A stretch of DNA of 33,408 nt from an uncultured Gammaproteobacteria bacterium (GTDB taxonomy: Bacteria > Patescibacteriota > Patescibacteriia > UBA1558 > S5-K13). Both the position numbers and the translations under genes were made by a program. Below, piece by piece: positions 19,986 to 27,946 of the stretch. Where the stretch lies: NCBI GenBank assembly GCA_964424195.1, contig CAYRHT010000006.1, positions 1-33,408 on the forward strand, written 5' to 3'. The notes beneath the pieces were generated by a model. It was not told the DNA's origin. It made no database searches and saw only the letters and a program-made list of their open reading frames with translations. Numbering within the stretch: position 1 is the first letter of the stretch; every line of letters starts with the position of its first letter.

Positions 19986-20402
19986 TTAAACTAATTTATC
20001 TTCTTCTTTTTCATTAAACTTTTCAACAACTTCTTTTTTAGTTTCATTTTTAACTTCACCATTCATTTTAATATTTCCATTAATTTTTGAACCAGCTTCT
20101 ACAGCAATAGAGCTAGCTTCAATATCTCCTTTAATAGTTGCTGACTTAGCAATATCAATAGAGTTATTAACTTTAATATTCCCACTTACTTTTCCAGAAA
20201 CAAAAGCACTATCTGATTCAATATTAGCTTTTATCTCAGCTTTGTCTCCAATTAAGATATGACCATCAGTTTTAATATTACCATTTAACTTTCCTTCGAT
20301 AACAATATTACCGTGTCCATTAAATTCACCTTCTACAACAACAGACTCACCAATAATTGTTTCAGTGTTTTTAATGTTTTTAGCATTTTCATTTTTAAAC
20401 AT
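19986..20402 (-). CDS. Bactofilin (polymer-forming cytoskeletal protein)
   Basis: TIIGESVVVEGEF...IEG...beta-helix repeats...GSKINGNIKM. Promoter TTGACT-17-TAAAAT upstream. Confidence 0.92.
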   Translation of the reverse strand: MFKNENAKNIKNTETIIGESVVVEGEFNGHGNIVIEGKLNGNIKTDGHILIGDKAEIKANIESDSAFVSGKVSGNIKVNNSIDIAKSATIKGDIEASSIAVEAGSKINGNIKMNGEVKNETKKEVVEKFNEKEEDKLV

Positions 20403-20510
20403 ATGTTTTTTATTTAATTTTAAATTAAATTACTACTATCATAGTAGCCTTATTTTAAGCCTTTGTTAAGGATAAGTCAAATGGATTAATAGGTAATTTG
20501 TGGAAAAATA

Positions 20511-20548
20511 AAAAGGATTTGAGTTAAATTAATAACCTAAATCCTTTT
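20511..20548. terminator. Intrinsic terminator
   Basis: AAAAGGATTT...AAATCCTTTT inverted repeat just past the stop codon at 20557. Confidence 0.65.
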
Positions 20549-20556
20549 GTGATCTT

Positions 20557-20850
20557 TTAGTTTACTATAGAAAATGGCACACCTCTGATAGCACCGTCTT
20601 CAACCATGAAGGATGTGGTAATTTCTTGATTTTTCTTTAAAAACATTGCTAAGACATATTTAAAAGGTCTCTTTAAAAATGTCTTGTAAGTTTCTTCAGG
20701 GTCATTGATTTCTATAAAAGTAGCATTAAAACTTTCTTTTACTCCTGTTACTAAACCGACAAAGTTTTTTTGTACTCCTTGAAAAGAGAAATTTATTTTG
20801 ATTTTATCTCCCTTTTTTAACTTTTTGAAATCTTTAACATTTTTCTCCAT
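20557..20850 (-). CDS. Orphan small protein (start reassigned to 20850, MEKNVKD)
   Basis: Minus-strand TTGACT (20910-20905)-17-TAATAT promoter and GGAGGATATTATG ribosome site. The ORF-track start at 20922 lies upstream of this promoter. Confidence 0.7.
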   Translation of the reverse strand: MEKNVKDFKKLKKGDKIKINFSFQGVQKNFVGLVTGVKESFNATFIEINDPEETYKTFLKRPFKYVLAMFLKKNQEITTSFMVEDGAIRGVPFSIVN

Positions 20851-20920
20851 AATATCCTCCAATACTATATTTATTAGTTGAATATTAGTCTTTTTATGGA
20901 AATTAGTCAACTCTATAATC

Positions 20921-20955
20921 AAAAACCCAGCCCCTCTAGAGGGGCTGGGTTAAAA
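20921..20955 (-). terminator. Strong terminator of hppA
   Basis: Perfect 28-bp GC-rich palindrome AACCCAGCCCCTCTAGAGGGGCTGGGTT (20924-20951) with a U tract on the minus strand. Confidence 0.85.
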
Positions 20956-20969
20956 GAGTCTTCTTTAAT

Positions 20970-22970
20970 TTAAACAAAGATCATTACAAAGATTAGAGAA
21001 ACAATAGAAATAAGTTTAATCAAGATATTTAACGAAGGTCCAGAAGTGTCTTTGAAAGGATCACCAACAGTATCACCAGTAACAGCAGCTTTGTGAGCAT
21101 CACTTCCTTTACCACCTATATTTCCAGATTCAATATATTTCTTAGCATTATCCCAAGCACCACCAGCGTTAGACATAAATACAGCCATTAAGAAACCACA
21201 GACTGTTGAACCAGCAATTAAACCACCAAGAGCTTTAACTCCTAAAAGTAGTCCTACTAAAACAGGAATAACGATTGCTAAAAGAGAAGGAATAATCATT
21301 TCTTTTAAAGCTGAGTTTGTAGAAATATCAATACATTTCTTGTGATCAGCTTTAGCTGTACCATCCATGATTCCAGGGATTTCTTTAAATTGTCTTCGAA
21401 CTTCTTCTACCATTTTAAAGGCAGCTTTTCCAACAGCACTCATTGTTAGAGCAGAGAAAATAAAAGGAAGTAAACCACCAATGAAAAGACCAACGATAAC
21501 AACTGGTTCAGTAATATTAATTATACTATCCATTCCTTTTTCTTGAATAATTTGAGTGAAACTAGAGAACAAAGCTAAAGCAGTTAAACCAGCTGAACCA
21601 ATAGCAAATCCTTTTCCAATAGCAGCAGTTGTATTACCAACAGCATCTAATTTTTCAGCTCTTTCTCTAACTTCTGGTCCCATGCCAGCCATTTCTGCAA
21701 TTCCAGCAGCATTATCAGCAACTGGTCCATAGGAGTCAGTAGCTAAAGTAATACCTAAAGTAGAAAGCATTCCCACAGCAGCAATAGCAATACCATAAAG
21801 TCCCATTAATTTGTTAGCAAAGATAATTGCTAAACCAATAACTACAATTGGAATAATTGTAGAAATCATACCAACTGATAGTCCTTGAATAATATTTGTA
21901 GCTGCTCCTGTTTTAGAAGCTTCAGCAATACTTCGAACTGGTTTTTTACGATCAGAAGTATAATATTCAGTAGCTAGACCAATGATAATTCCACCAGCTA
22001 GACCAACTAAAGTAGCATAAAAAATATTAATATTATTACCAGTGAATTTGATAATGAAGTAAGATAAAATAGTCATTAGAATAGCTGATCCAAAAATTCC
22101 TCTATTCAAAGCACTATGTACTTTCTTCTCATTCTTTGTTTTAACAAAGAAGGTTCCTAGAATAGAAGCTAGGATACCAGCACCAGCTAAGAGTAAAGGT
22201 AGAGCTATTACATTTGTAGTTTTGATAGCTACTGCCCCAATAATCATAGCGGCAATTATAGATTGAACATAAGATTCAAAAAGGTCAGCACCCATTCCAG
22301 CAACATCACCAACATTATCACCAACATTATCAGCAATAGTAGCTGGGTTTCGAGGATCATCCTCAGGAATACCAGCTTCAACTTTACCAACTAGATCAGC
22401 TCCAACGTCAGCAGCTTTAGTATAGATGCCACCACCAACTCTAGCAAATAGAGCAATTAAAGAAGCTCCAAAACCAAAAGCATACATAATGTTAGAGTTA
22501 ATCTCAGGACCTATATTTAAACCATTAGCCATTAAAAACATTAAAGTAATTCCTAATAATCCAAAACCAACAACACCTAGACCCATTACTGAACCAGAAG
22601 AAAAAGCAATTTTTAATCCTGGATTAATTCCTTTTTGACAGGCAACTGCTGTTCGAGCATTAGCTTTGGTAGCTATTCTCATTCCAATATTTCCAGCTAA
22701 AGCTGAAAAAATAGAACCAGTGATGAAAGCTAAAGAAACTTTCCATCCACCCATTCCAATTCCTAATAATACAGCTATTACAACAACAAAGATTATTAAT
22801 ACTTTGTATTCTTTGTTTAGGAAAGCCATAGCTCCCTCATGAATAGCCTTAGTAATTTCTTTTGTTTTCTCATCTCCAGCATCTTTCTTAGAAATGCTTC
22901 GTCCAACAATCAAACTATATAGAATAGCTACGACTGCGGCACTTAGAGCAAAAATTAGTGCTTGTGACAT
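20970..22970 (-). CDS. hppA: Membrane pyrophosphatase, K+-dependent, probably Na+-translocating
   Basis: [26 protein letters not shown] (Ala marks K+-dependence), [20 protein letters not shown]. Confidence 0.95.
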   Translation of the reverse strand: MSQALIFALSAAVVAILYSLIVGRSISKKDAGDEKTKEITKAIHEGAMAFLNKEYKVLIIFVVVIAVLLGIGMGGWKVSLAFITGSIFSALAGNIGMRIATKANARTAVACQKGINPGLKIAFSSGSVMGLGVVGFGLLGITLMFLMANGLNIGPEINSNIMYAFGFGASLIALFARVGGGIYTKAADVGADLVGKVEAGIPEDDPRNPATIADNVGDNVGDVAGMGADLFESYVQSIIAAMIIGAVAIKTTNVIALPLLLAGAGILASILGTFFVKTKNEKKVHSALNRGIFGSAILMTILSYFIIKFTGNNINIFYATLVGLAGGIIIGLATEYYTSDRKKPVRSIAEASKTGAATNIIQGLSVGMISTIIPIVVIGLAIIFANKLMGLYGIAIAAVGMLSTLGITLATDSYGPVADNAAGIAEMAGMGPEVRERAEKLDAVGNTTAAIGKGFAIGSAGLTALALFSSFTQIIQEKGMDSIINITEPVVIVGLFIGGLLPFIFSALTMSAVGKAAFKMVEEVRRQFKEIPGIMDGTAKADHKKCIDISTNSALKEMIIPSLLAIVIPVLVGLLLGVKALGGLIAGSTVCGFLMAVFMSNAGGAWDNAKKYIESGNIGGKGSDAHKAAVTGDTVGDPFKDTSGPSLNILIKLISIVSLIFVMIFV

Positions 22971-23041
22971 ACTTTTTAATTAATTTTAAATTTGTAAAAT
23001 ATATAAAGACGACTGTAAATCGCCTTTATGAAATAAATAAA

Positions 23042-24358
23042 TTATTTTTCCTCTTTAGTTTCTTTTTCTTTCTTTTCTTTTTTAACTTTCTTGGTAGTAG
23101 CTTTTTTCTTAGGCTTCTTTACTTCTTTTTCAGTAGTTTCTTTTTTTTCTTTTGTTTTCTTAGTTTTTTTCTTTTCAACTTTATCTTCTTTTACTTCTTC
23201 TACCTCTTCTTCTTTATCGTCTTCCTTATCTAAACTCTCAGCTCCTTCAATATCAATCTTCCAACCAGTAAGTTTAGCAGCAAGTTTTACATTTTGACCG
23301 TCTCGACCAATTGCTAGAGATAACTGATCTTCTTCAACTTGAACTATAGCTGAGCTTTCTTTTTTGTTTAATTCAATATTCATGATTTTAGCTGGAGACA
23401 AAGAATTCTTAATAAAGGTAGCAGCATCTTTATTCCATTGAATAATATCAATCTTTTCACCACCTAATTCATTAATAATAGTTTGAACTCGAGAACCTTT
23501 TTGACCAACACAAGAACCAACAGGATCAATGTTGTCTTCTTTACTATGAACAGCAATCTTAGTTCGAGAACCAGGATCACGAGCAATAGCTTTTATTTCT
23601 ACAATACCATTTGAAATTTCAGGAACTTCTAAAGTAAATATCTTATTAACTACTTCTGGATGAGCTCGAGAAACAATAATTCTTGGTCCTCTGTTACTAT
23701 CCTCTACTTTTAAGATGATTACTCTTAATCTTGAACCAGTTGAATAGTTATCATTTCTAACTTGTTCTTCTGGTGGTAATAGTCCCATAGTCTTACTTAA
23801 ATCAACAATAACATTTGGTCCTTCTCGTCTTTGAACAATAGTATTAATAACTTCACCTTCTCTTTTCTTAAATTCATTAAGAATAGTTTCTCTTTCTGCT
23901 TCTCGTAATCTTTGAATAATAACTTGTTTAGCAGTTTGAGCAGCTATTCGACCAAAGTCACTAGGAATTTCTAATTTAATTTTTAATTCACCATCAAGTT
24001 TAGCTTTTTTAGAAACTTCTTTAGCATCGCTAATCATTAATTCTGTTTTAGGATTAAATCTATGGAAGTCTTCTGGCATTTCTTCGTTTTCTTTTAATGA
24101 ATCTCTAATCTCTTGATATTCTTCAGCTTCTTTTTCTAAGTCTTTGTCTGCGACAACTATTTTTTCATCCCAAACTTCTATATTACCAGTATCTAAATCA
24201 AATTTAACTTTAATGTTTTGATTTTTGTCACCAAAGTCTTTACGGTAAGCAGCTCCGAGAGCAGCTTCAATACTTTCCAAGACTGAATCTATGGAAATAT
24301 TTTTTTCTTCGCAAATAACTTGAATAGCTTGTTTGATTTCTTCTATATTTTGAAACAT
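23042..24358 (-). CDS. nusA: Transcription factor NusA with a charged C-terminal tail
   Basis: FGRIAAQTAKQVI, S1 domain, KH motifs ARDPGSRTKIAV, CVGQKG and AIGRDGQNVKLA. Confidence 0.98.
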   Translation of the reverse strand: MFQNIEEIKQAIQVICEEKNISIDSVLESIEAALGAAYRKDFGDKNQNIKVKFDLDTGNIEVWDEKIVVADKDLEKEAEEYQEIRDSLKENEEMPEDFHRFNPKTELMISDAKEVSKKAKLDGELKIKLEIPSDFGRIAAQTAKQVIIQRLREAERETILNEFKKREGEVINTIVQRREGPNVIVDLSKTMGLLPPEEQVRNDNYSTGSRLRVIILKVEDSNRGPRIIVSRAHPEVVNKIFTLEVPEISNGIVEIKAIARDPGSRTKIAVHSKEDNIDPVGSCVGQKGSRVQTIINELGGEKIDIIQWNKDAATFIKNSLSPAKIMNIELNKKESSAIVQVEEDQLSLAIGRDGQNVKLAAKLTGWKIDIEGAESLDKEDDKEEEVEEVKEDKVEKKKTKKTKEKKETTEKEVKKPKKKATTKKVKKEKKEKETKEEK

Positions 24359-24383
24359 ATTTTTATTCGTTAGTTTATTTTTT

Positions 24384-24414
24384 AAAAAAACTAGTATAAA
24401 TATAATATACTAGT
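24384..24414 (-). terminator. Terminator-like attenuator in the nusA leader
   Basis: Minus strand ACTAGTATA-TTATATT-TATACTAGT plus a T run (24390-24384), ending about 25 nt before the nusA ATG. Confidence 0.65.
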
Positions 24415-24422
24415 CTAATAAC

Positions 24423-24451
24423 ATCATAATCCTTTTATGGAATCAGGTCAA
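24423..24451 (-). promoter_or_regulatory. Proximal nusA promoter
   Basis: TTGACC (24451-24446), 17 bp, TATGAT (24428-24423). Confidence 0.7.
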
Positions 24452-24460
24452 GGGAATTTA

Positions 24461-24719
24461 AAATCCTCATATTACTGCACCCAAGAAAACTACATCAAGA
24501 ATTACTCGAGCGAATCTTAAAAAGATGGCCAGACTAATCCTGTCAGTAATTTCCATGCTTGTCGTGGATGCAGGAACATGAGGATTTACTTTTATCTATA
24601 TAGCTTACACATTACTACATCCAAGAAAATTATTTAGAGAAAATGTCTAGTCGTAACCAGATATTATCTTTTAATAATTTCCATGCTTGTCGTGGATGCA
24701 GAAATGTATAAGTTATATA
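24461..24719 (-). ncRNA. Unclassified tandem structured RNA: two ~125-nt hairpins with a shared core
   Basis: 27-nt perfect direct repeat at 24547-24573 and 24675-24701. Each copy pairs with a partner arm in its own unit. Core-stem mismatches become G-U only on the minus strand. Confidence 0.6.
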
Positions 24720-24730
24720 AGCAACATATT

Positions 24731-24758
24731 AATATAGCATACTGATAGAATTTGTCAA
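24731..24758 (-). promoter_or_regulatory. Promoter immediately upstream of the tandem hairpins
   Basis: TTGACA (24758-24753), 16 bp, TGn-TATATT (24736-24731). Confidence 0.65.
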
Positions 24759-24785
24759 CCCCTGTAGCATAATTATTAGGGAAAT

Positions 24786-24818
24786 AAAAAACATCTCAAG
24801 TTTAGAAGACAAGAGATG
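24786..24818 (-). terminator. Terminator after the 24834-25361 gene
   Basis: CATCTC...GAGATG followed by T6 on the minus strand. The loop is long. Confidence 0.5.
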
Positions 24819-24833
24819 ATCTTTTTTAGTTCT

Positions 24834-25361
24834 CTAGAAGTTTCTTTTAATTATATTTTTGAAGAATTTCCAATGCTCTATAACATGGAAAACTGAAATA
24901 ACAAACATAATAATTCCAATTTCAACATGCCAAAAAATCATATTAAAAGGCAATTTAAGTATCTTCCCAGAATTAATTTGAAAGATTAACAGAATGCCTA
25001 GAATTCCGGAAATCAAGAAAGAAAATAATAGTATTGAATTCCAAATTTGCTTATGGATTAAAAGATTAATTCTTTTTTTATGAAGTAAAATCCTACTTAT
25101 TGAATAAAGAACAATCAAAATTAGAGTAATTTGCAAGAAATGATAAGTCCTAGAAGAACTGGCTTTAGTTGGAGTAGTTTTATTTTCAATTTTAGAAATT
25201 ATCTGAGAATGATCACAAAGCTGATCTTGATTAGTATCTAAATAACGACCACATTCCCCTGGAGCAGGATCATCAATTAATCCATAAGGACAATCTAAAG
25301 CAGCTTGACTTATCAAAGGAATAAAAACGGAAATTAGTAGGATGATTAATGTTTTTTTCAT
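24834..25361 (-). CDS. Membrane protein, DUF4405-like, with an N-terminal Cys/Asp motif
   Basis: Signal-like N-terminus, CPYGLIDDPAPGECGRYLDTNQDQLCDHS, then transmembrane helices carrying His (IHKQIWN, FWHVEIG, FHVIEHW). Confidence 0.6.
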   Translation of the reverse strand: MKKTLIILLISVFIPLISQAALDCPYGLIDDPAPGECGRYLDTNQDQLCDHSQIISKIENKTTPTKASSSRTYHFLQITLILIVLYSISRILLHKKRINLLIHKQIWNSILLFSFLISGILGILLIFQINSGKILKLPFNMIFWHVEIGIIMFVISVFHVIEHWKFFKNIIKRNF

Positions 25362-25413
25362 ATTTTTTATTTTTATTAGTTATTTAATTTTAACACATAA
25401 ATTAAAATACCTT

Positions 25414-25443
25414 AAAACCGCTTAGCAATAACTAAGCGGTTTC
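25414..25443. terminator. Intrinsic terminator
   Basis: AAAACCGCTTAG-CAATAA-CTAAGCGGTTTT, a perfect 12-bp stem. Confidence 0.85.
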
Positions 25444-25462
25444 TTAAGATAATGTATTTAGT

Positions 25463-25846
25463 TTACAACACAAAGAAACTAACATAAGAGACAATAGCTC
25501 CAAAGATAGTCACAAATAATCCAATAAATACTATAGTTTCTTTTTTCTTAGTAAAGATTTTACTGAAATTCTTTAATGCTTTGGGAGCTAAGAAATAAAG
25601 AGCTCCTTTCACAATTCCAGCCCAACCAAAGATAGGGAGAATTATAAACCAACCTTCTGTATTACCGGTAAAAGTAATTAAAAGATAGCCAGCAATTAAT
25701 CCTAGGAAACCATAAAGGTAATTGTTTGATTCATTGTCTATTAAATCTCTAAAGGCCTTTAAGTGGTATTTAGGATTAAAAAGCATCCCAATTCCTAAGA
25801 GTAAATAAACAATACCAATGAGTTGCAGGATTTGAATATTAGTCAT
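25463..25846 (-). CDS. Small multi-pass membrane protein (DUF2065-like)
   Basis: About four hydrophobic helices; GWAGIVKGALYFLAP. Confidence 0.65.
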   Translation of the reverse strand: MTNIQILQLIGIVYLLLGIGMLFNPKYHLKAFRDLIDNESNNYLYGFLGLIAGYLLITFTGNTEGWFIILPIFGWAGIVKGALYFLAPKALKNFSKIFTKKKETIVFIGLFVTIFGAIVSYVSFFVL

Positions 25847-26025
25847 AGTTTTTTTGTTAATTTTTTAGATTATATAAAGTTTTTATTACTATCTTTATTA
25901 TACTCCTTTTTAGTAATTTAAAACATAATAGTTATTAGGAGTTAAATAGTATTGAATATATACCCAATACTATTTTAAAAGCTATTGAAATAAAGCTTAA
26001 AATGTTATAATGTATAAAGACCTAA

Positions 26026-26102
26026 GGGCCTATAGCTCAGCTGGTTAGAGCGCTTGCATGGCATGCAAGAGGTCAAGAGTTCGAATCTCTTTAGGTCCAC
26101 CA
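26026..26102 (+). tRNA. tRNA-Ala(GGC)
   Basis: Cloverleaf: acceptor GGGCCTA/TAGGTCC with G3-U70, anticodon arm CTTGC-ATGGCAT-GCAAG, TTCGAAT loop, encoded CCA. Confidence 0.97.
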
Positions 26103-26128
26103 ATTAATTTAAAAATTATTTAAAATAT

Positions 26129-27052
26129 ATGAATAAAGAAAATGTAATTATTTTAGGATCAGGACCAGCTGGTTTAACAGCTGGATTGTATTTAGCTCGA
26201 GCTGGGTTTAAACCTTTGTTGATTGAAGGACCAAGACCTGGTGGATGGTTAACTACAACTACTATAGTAGATAATTATCCAGCTTTTCCAGACGGAATAG
26301 ATGGTTTTGAATTAATTATGAAAATGCGACAACAAGCTGAGAAATATGGTTGTAGAATAGTAAGCGACGTCGCTCAAGAAGTGGATATCCAAGATGGAGA
26401 AGTTAAGATCAAAGGACAGAAAGATCAGTATCTATCAAAAACATTGATTATTTCTACTGGTACTAACCCAAGAAAATTGGGCGTAGAAGGGGAAGAAAAG
26501 TTCTGGGGAAAGGGCGTCGCTGTTTGTGCTACATGTGACGGCGCATTTTTTAAAGATAAAAAAGTAATGGTAGTTGGTTCTGGTAATACTGCTTTAGTTG
26601 ATGCTTTCTTTTTAACTAAATTTACTTCTGAAATTAAGCTTTTAAACAGAAAAGATGAATTTAAGGCTGAAGAGGTGAAAGTTAAAGAATTAAAGGATAA
26701 TAAAAACATAGAAATACTAGAATTTACTGAAATTAAGAAGTTTTTAGGTGATTCTAAGCTAGAAAAGGTTGAATTATTCAATAATCAGACTAATAAAAGT
26801 GAAGAAGTTGAGGTTGATGGTGTATTTTTAGCTATTGGACATAATCCTAATACAGAATTATTTAAAAATAGCTTAAAATTAACAGAAAAAGGATATATTC
26901 AAGTAGATCCTGGAACTACTAAAACTTCTCAAGAAGGCATATTTGCTTGTGGAGATGTTATGGATGATAAATATCAACAAGCTGTTGTTTCTGCTGGAAC
27001 AGGTTGTATGGCTGCTTTAGATGTTCAAAATTACTTAGATTCTTCAAAATAA
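26129..27052 (+). CDS. trxB: Thioredoxin-disulfide reductase
   Basis: GSGPAG FAD motif, CATCDG redox motif, FACGDV...QQAVVSAGTGC. Confidence 0.95.
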   Translation: MNKENVIILGSGPAGLTAGLYLARAGFKPLLIEGPRPGGWLTTTTIVDNYPAFPDGIDGFELIMKMRQQAEKYGCRIVSDVAQEVDIQDGEVKIKGQKDQYLSKTLIISTGTNPRKLGVEGEEKFWGKGVAVCATCDGAFFKDKKVMVVGSGNTALVDAFFLTKFTSEIKLLNRKDEFKAEEVKVKELKDNKNIEILEFTEIKKFLGDSKLEKVELFNNQTNKSEEVEVDGVFLAIGHNPNTELFKNSLKLTEKGYIQVDPGTTKTSQEGIFACGDVMDDKYQQAVVSAGTGCMAALDVQNYLDSSK

Positions 27053-27087
27053 ATCGTTAATAACAGCTATTTTAAAGGTTTTTAGTC

Positions 27088-27115
27088 TCAAATTGTTCCA
27101 CGTGGAACAATTTGA
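27088..27115. promoter_or_regulatory. parS: parS site 1
   Basis: TGTTCCACGTGGAACA (27094-27109) inside a 28-bp perfect palindrome. Confidence 0.9.
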
Positions 27116-27129
27116 ATAAGTTCGGGTAT

Positions 27130-27153
27130 AAATTGTTCCACGTGGAACAATTT
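27130..27153. promoter_or_regulatory. parS: parS site 2
   Basis: Same 16-mer (27134-27149) in a 24-bp palindrome, 40 bp after site 1. Confidence 0.9.
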
Positions 27154-27195
27154 GAATGTTTTTTAGCTTAAATAAAGAGTTTTAACCATAAAAAT

Positions 27196-27780
27196 ATGAA
27201 AACTATATTAGCAACAACCTCTCCTCATAGAATAAAGGCTTTTCAGAAATTAGATCTAGATTTTATTACAGAAGCTAGTAATGTAGATGAATATACTCCA
27301 GAAAGACCAGGAGGTCCAAAAGAATTAGTAAAATATTTAGCTAAATTAAAGGCTGAGGCAGTAATCAAGAATCATTCTGAAGGTATTGTTATAGGTTTTG
27401 ATTCAGTGGGTTATTTTAATGGGAAAATATTGGAAAAACCTCAAAACAAAGAAGAATCTATTAGTAGATTAAAAACTTTATCAAATAACACTTATTCTTT
27501 TTATACTGGTATTTATATGTTTAATTTAGATAATGGTATAAGTCTCTTGGATTCTGTTAAAACAGAGCTCTCAATGAAAAATATTGATGAAAAGGAAATA
27601 ATTAAGTATTTAAAACAAGATTCTAAATATAATACTTATGCTCATGGATATGATCCTTTAGAACACTATAGTTCTACTTTTGTAAAAGAAATTAAAGGGA
27701 GTTGGAGTAATGTTTTATTAGGAATTCCCTTATCAAAAATTATGGAAATGTTATTTGAAATAGGTTATAAATTAGATTAG
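27196..27780 (+). CDS. maf: Maf-family nucleoside triphosphate pyrophosphatase
   Basis: ILATTSPHR, LAKLKAEAV, IGFDSV...GKILEKP, NVLLGIP. Confidence 0.88.
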   Translation: MKTILATTSPHRIKAFQKLDLDFITEASNVDEYTPERPGGPKELVKYLAKLKAEAVIKNHSEGIVIGFDSVGYFNGKILEKPQNKEESISRLKTLSNNTYSFYTGIYMFNLDNGISLLDSVKTELSMKNIDEKEIIKYLKQDSKYNTYAHGYDPLEHYSSTFVKEIKGSWSNVLLGIPLSKIMEMLFEIGYKLD

Positions 27781-27806
27781 CAAATTGTTCCACGTGGAAC
27801 AATTTG
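27781..27806. promoter_or_regulatory. parS: parS site 3
   Basis: 16-mer at 27786-27801 in a 26-bp palindrome directly after the maf stop. Confidence 0.9.
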
Positions 27807-27858
27807 AGTGCTTTAGGGCTTGAATAAAGGATATTACTCTTAAAAAATATAAAATTTA

Positions 27859-27933
27859 GTTCCAATAGTTCAATGGATAGAACAAGAACCTCCTAAGTTC
27901 TAGATCCAGGTTCGACTCCTGGTTGGGACACCA
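27859..27933 (+). tRNA. tRNA-Arg(CCT)
   Basis: Acceptor GTTCCAA/TTGGGAC, anticodon arm AGAAC-CTCCTAA-GTTCT, TTCGACT loop, encoded CCA. Confidence 0.95.
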
Positions 27934-27946
27934 TATATTCTTTTTA

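Noticed and set aside
20924-20951. Perfect 28-bp GC-rich palindrome as a mobile-element end or operator
   Set aside because: Single copy, 18 bp past the hppA stop, with a U tract. A terminator explains it.
22426-22638. ORF on the + strand
   Set aside because: Antisense shadow of hppA.
22958-23297. Phe-rich ORFs 22958-23233 and 23091-23297
   Set aside because: Mirror images of the Lys/Glu-rich nusA tail (AAA/GAA read as TTT/TTC).
24547-24701. 27-nt direct repeat as a mini-CRISPR or attC pair
   Set aside because: Only two copies 128 nt apart, each pairing with a distant arm. No AAC...GTT core sites bound the units.
26425-26781. ORF on the - strand
   Set aside because: Antisense shadow of trxB.
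27859-27933. tRNA-Arg or tRNA-Ala as an integration site
   Set aside because: No duplicated tRNA 3' end and no integrase in the window. The flanking genes are housekeeping-like.
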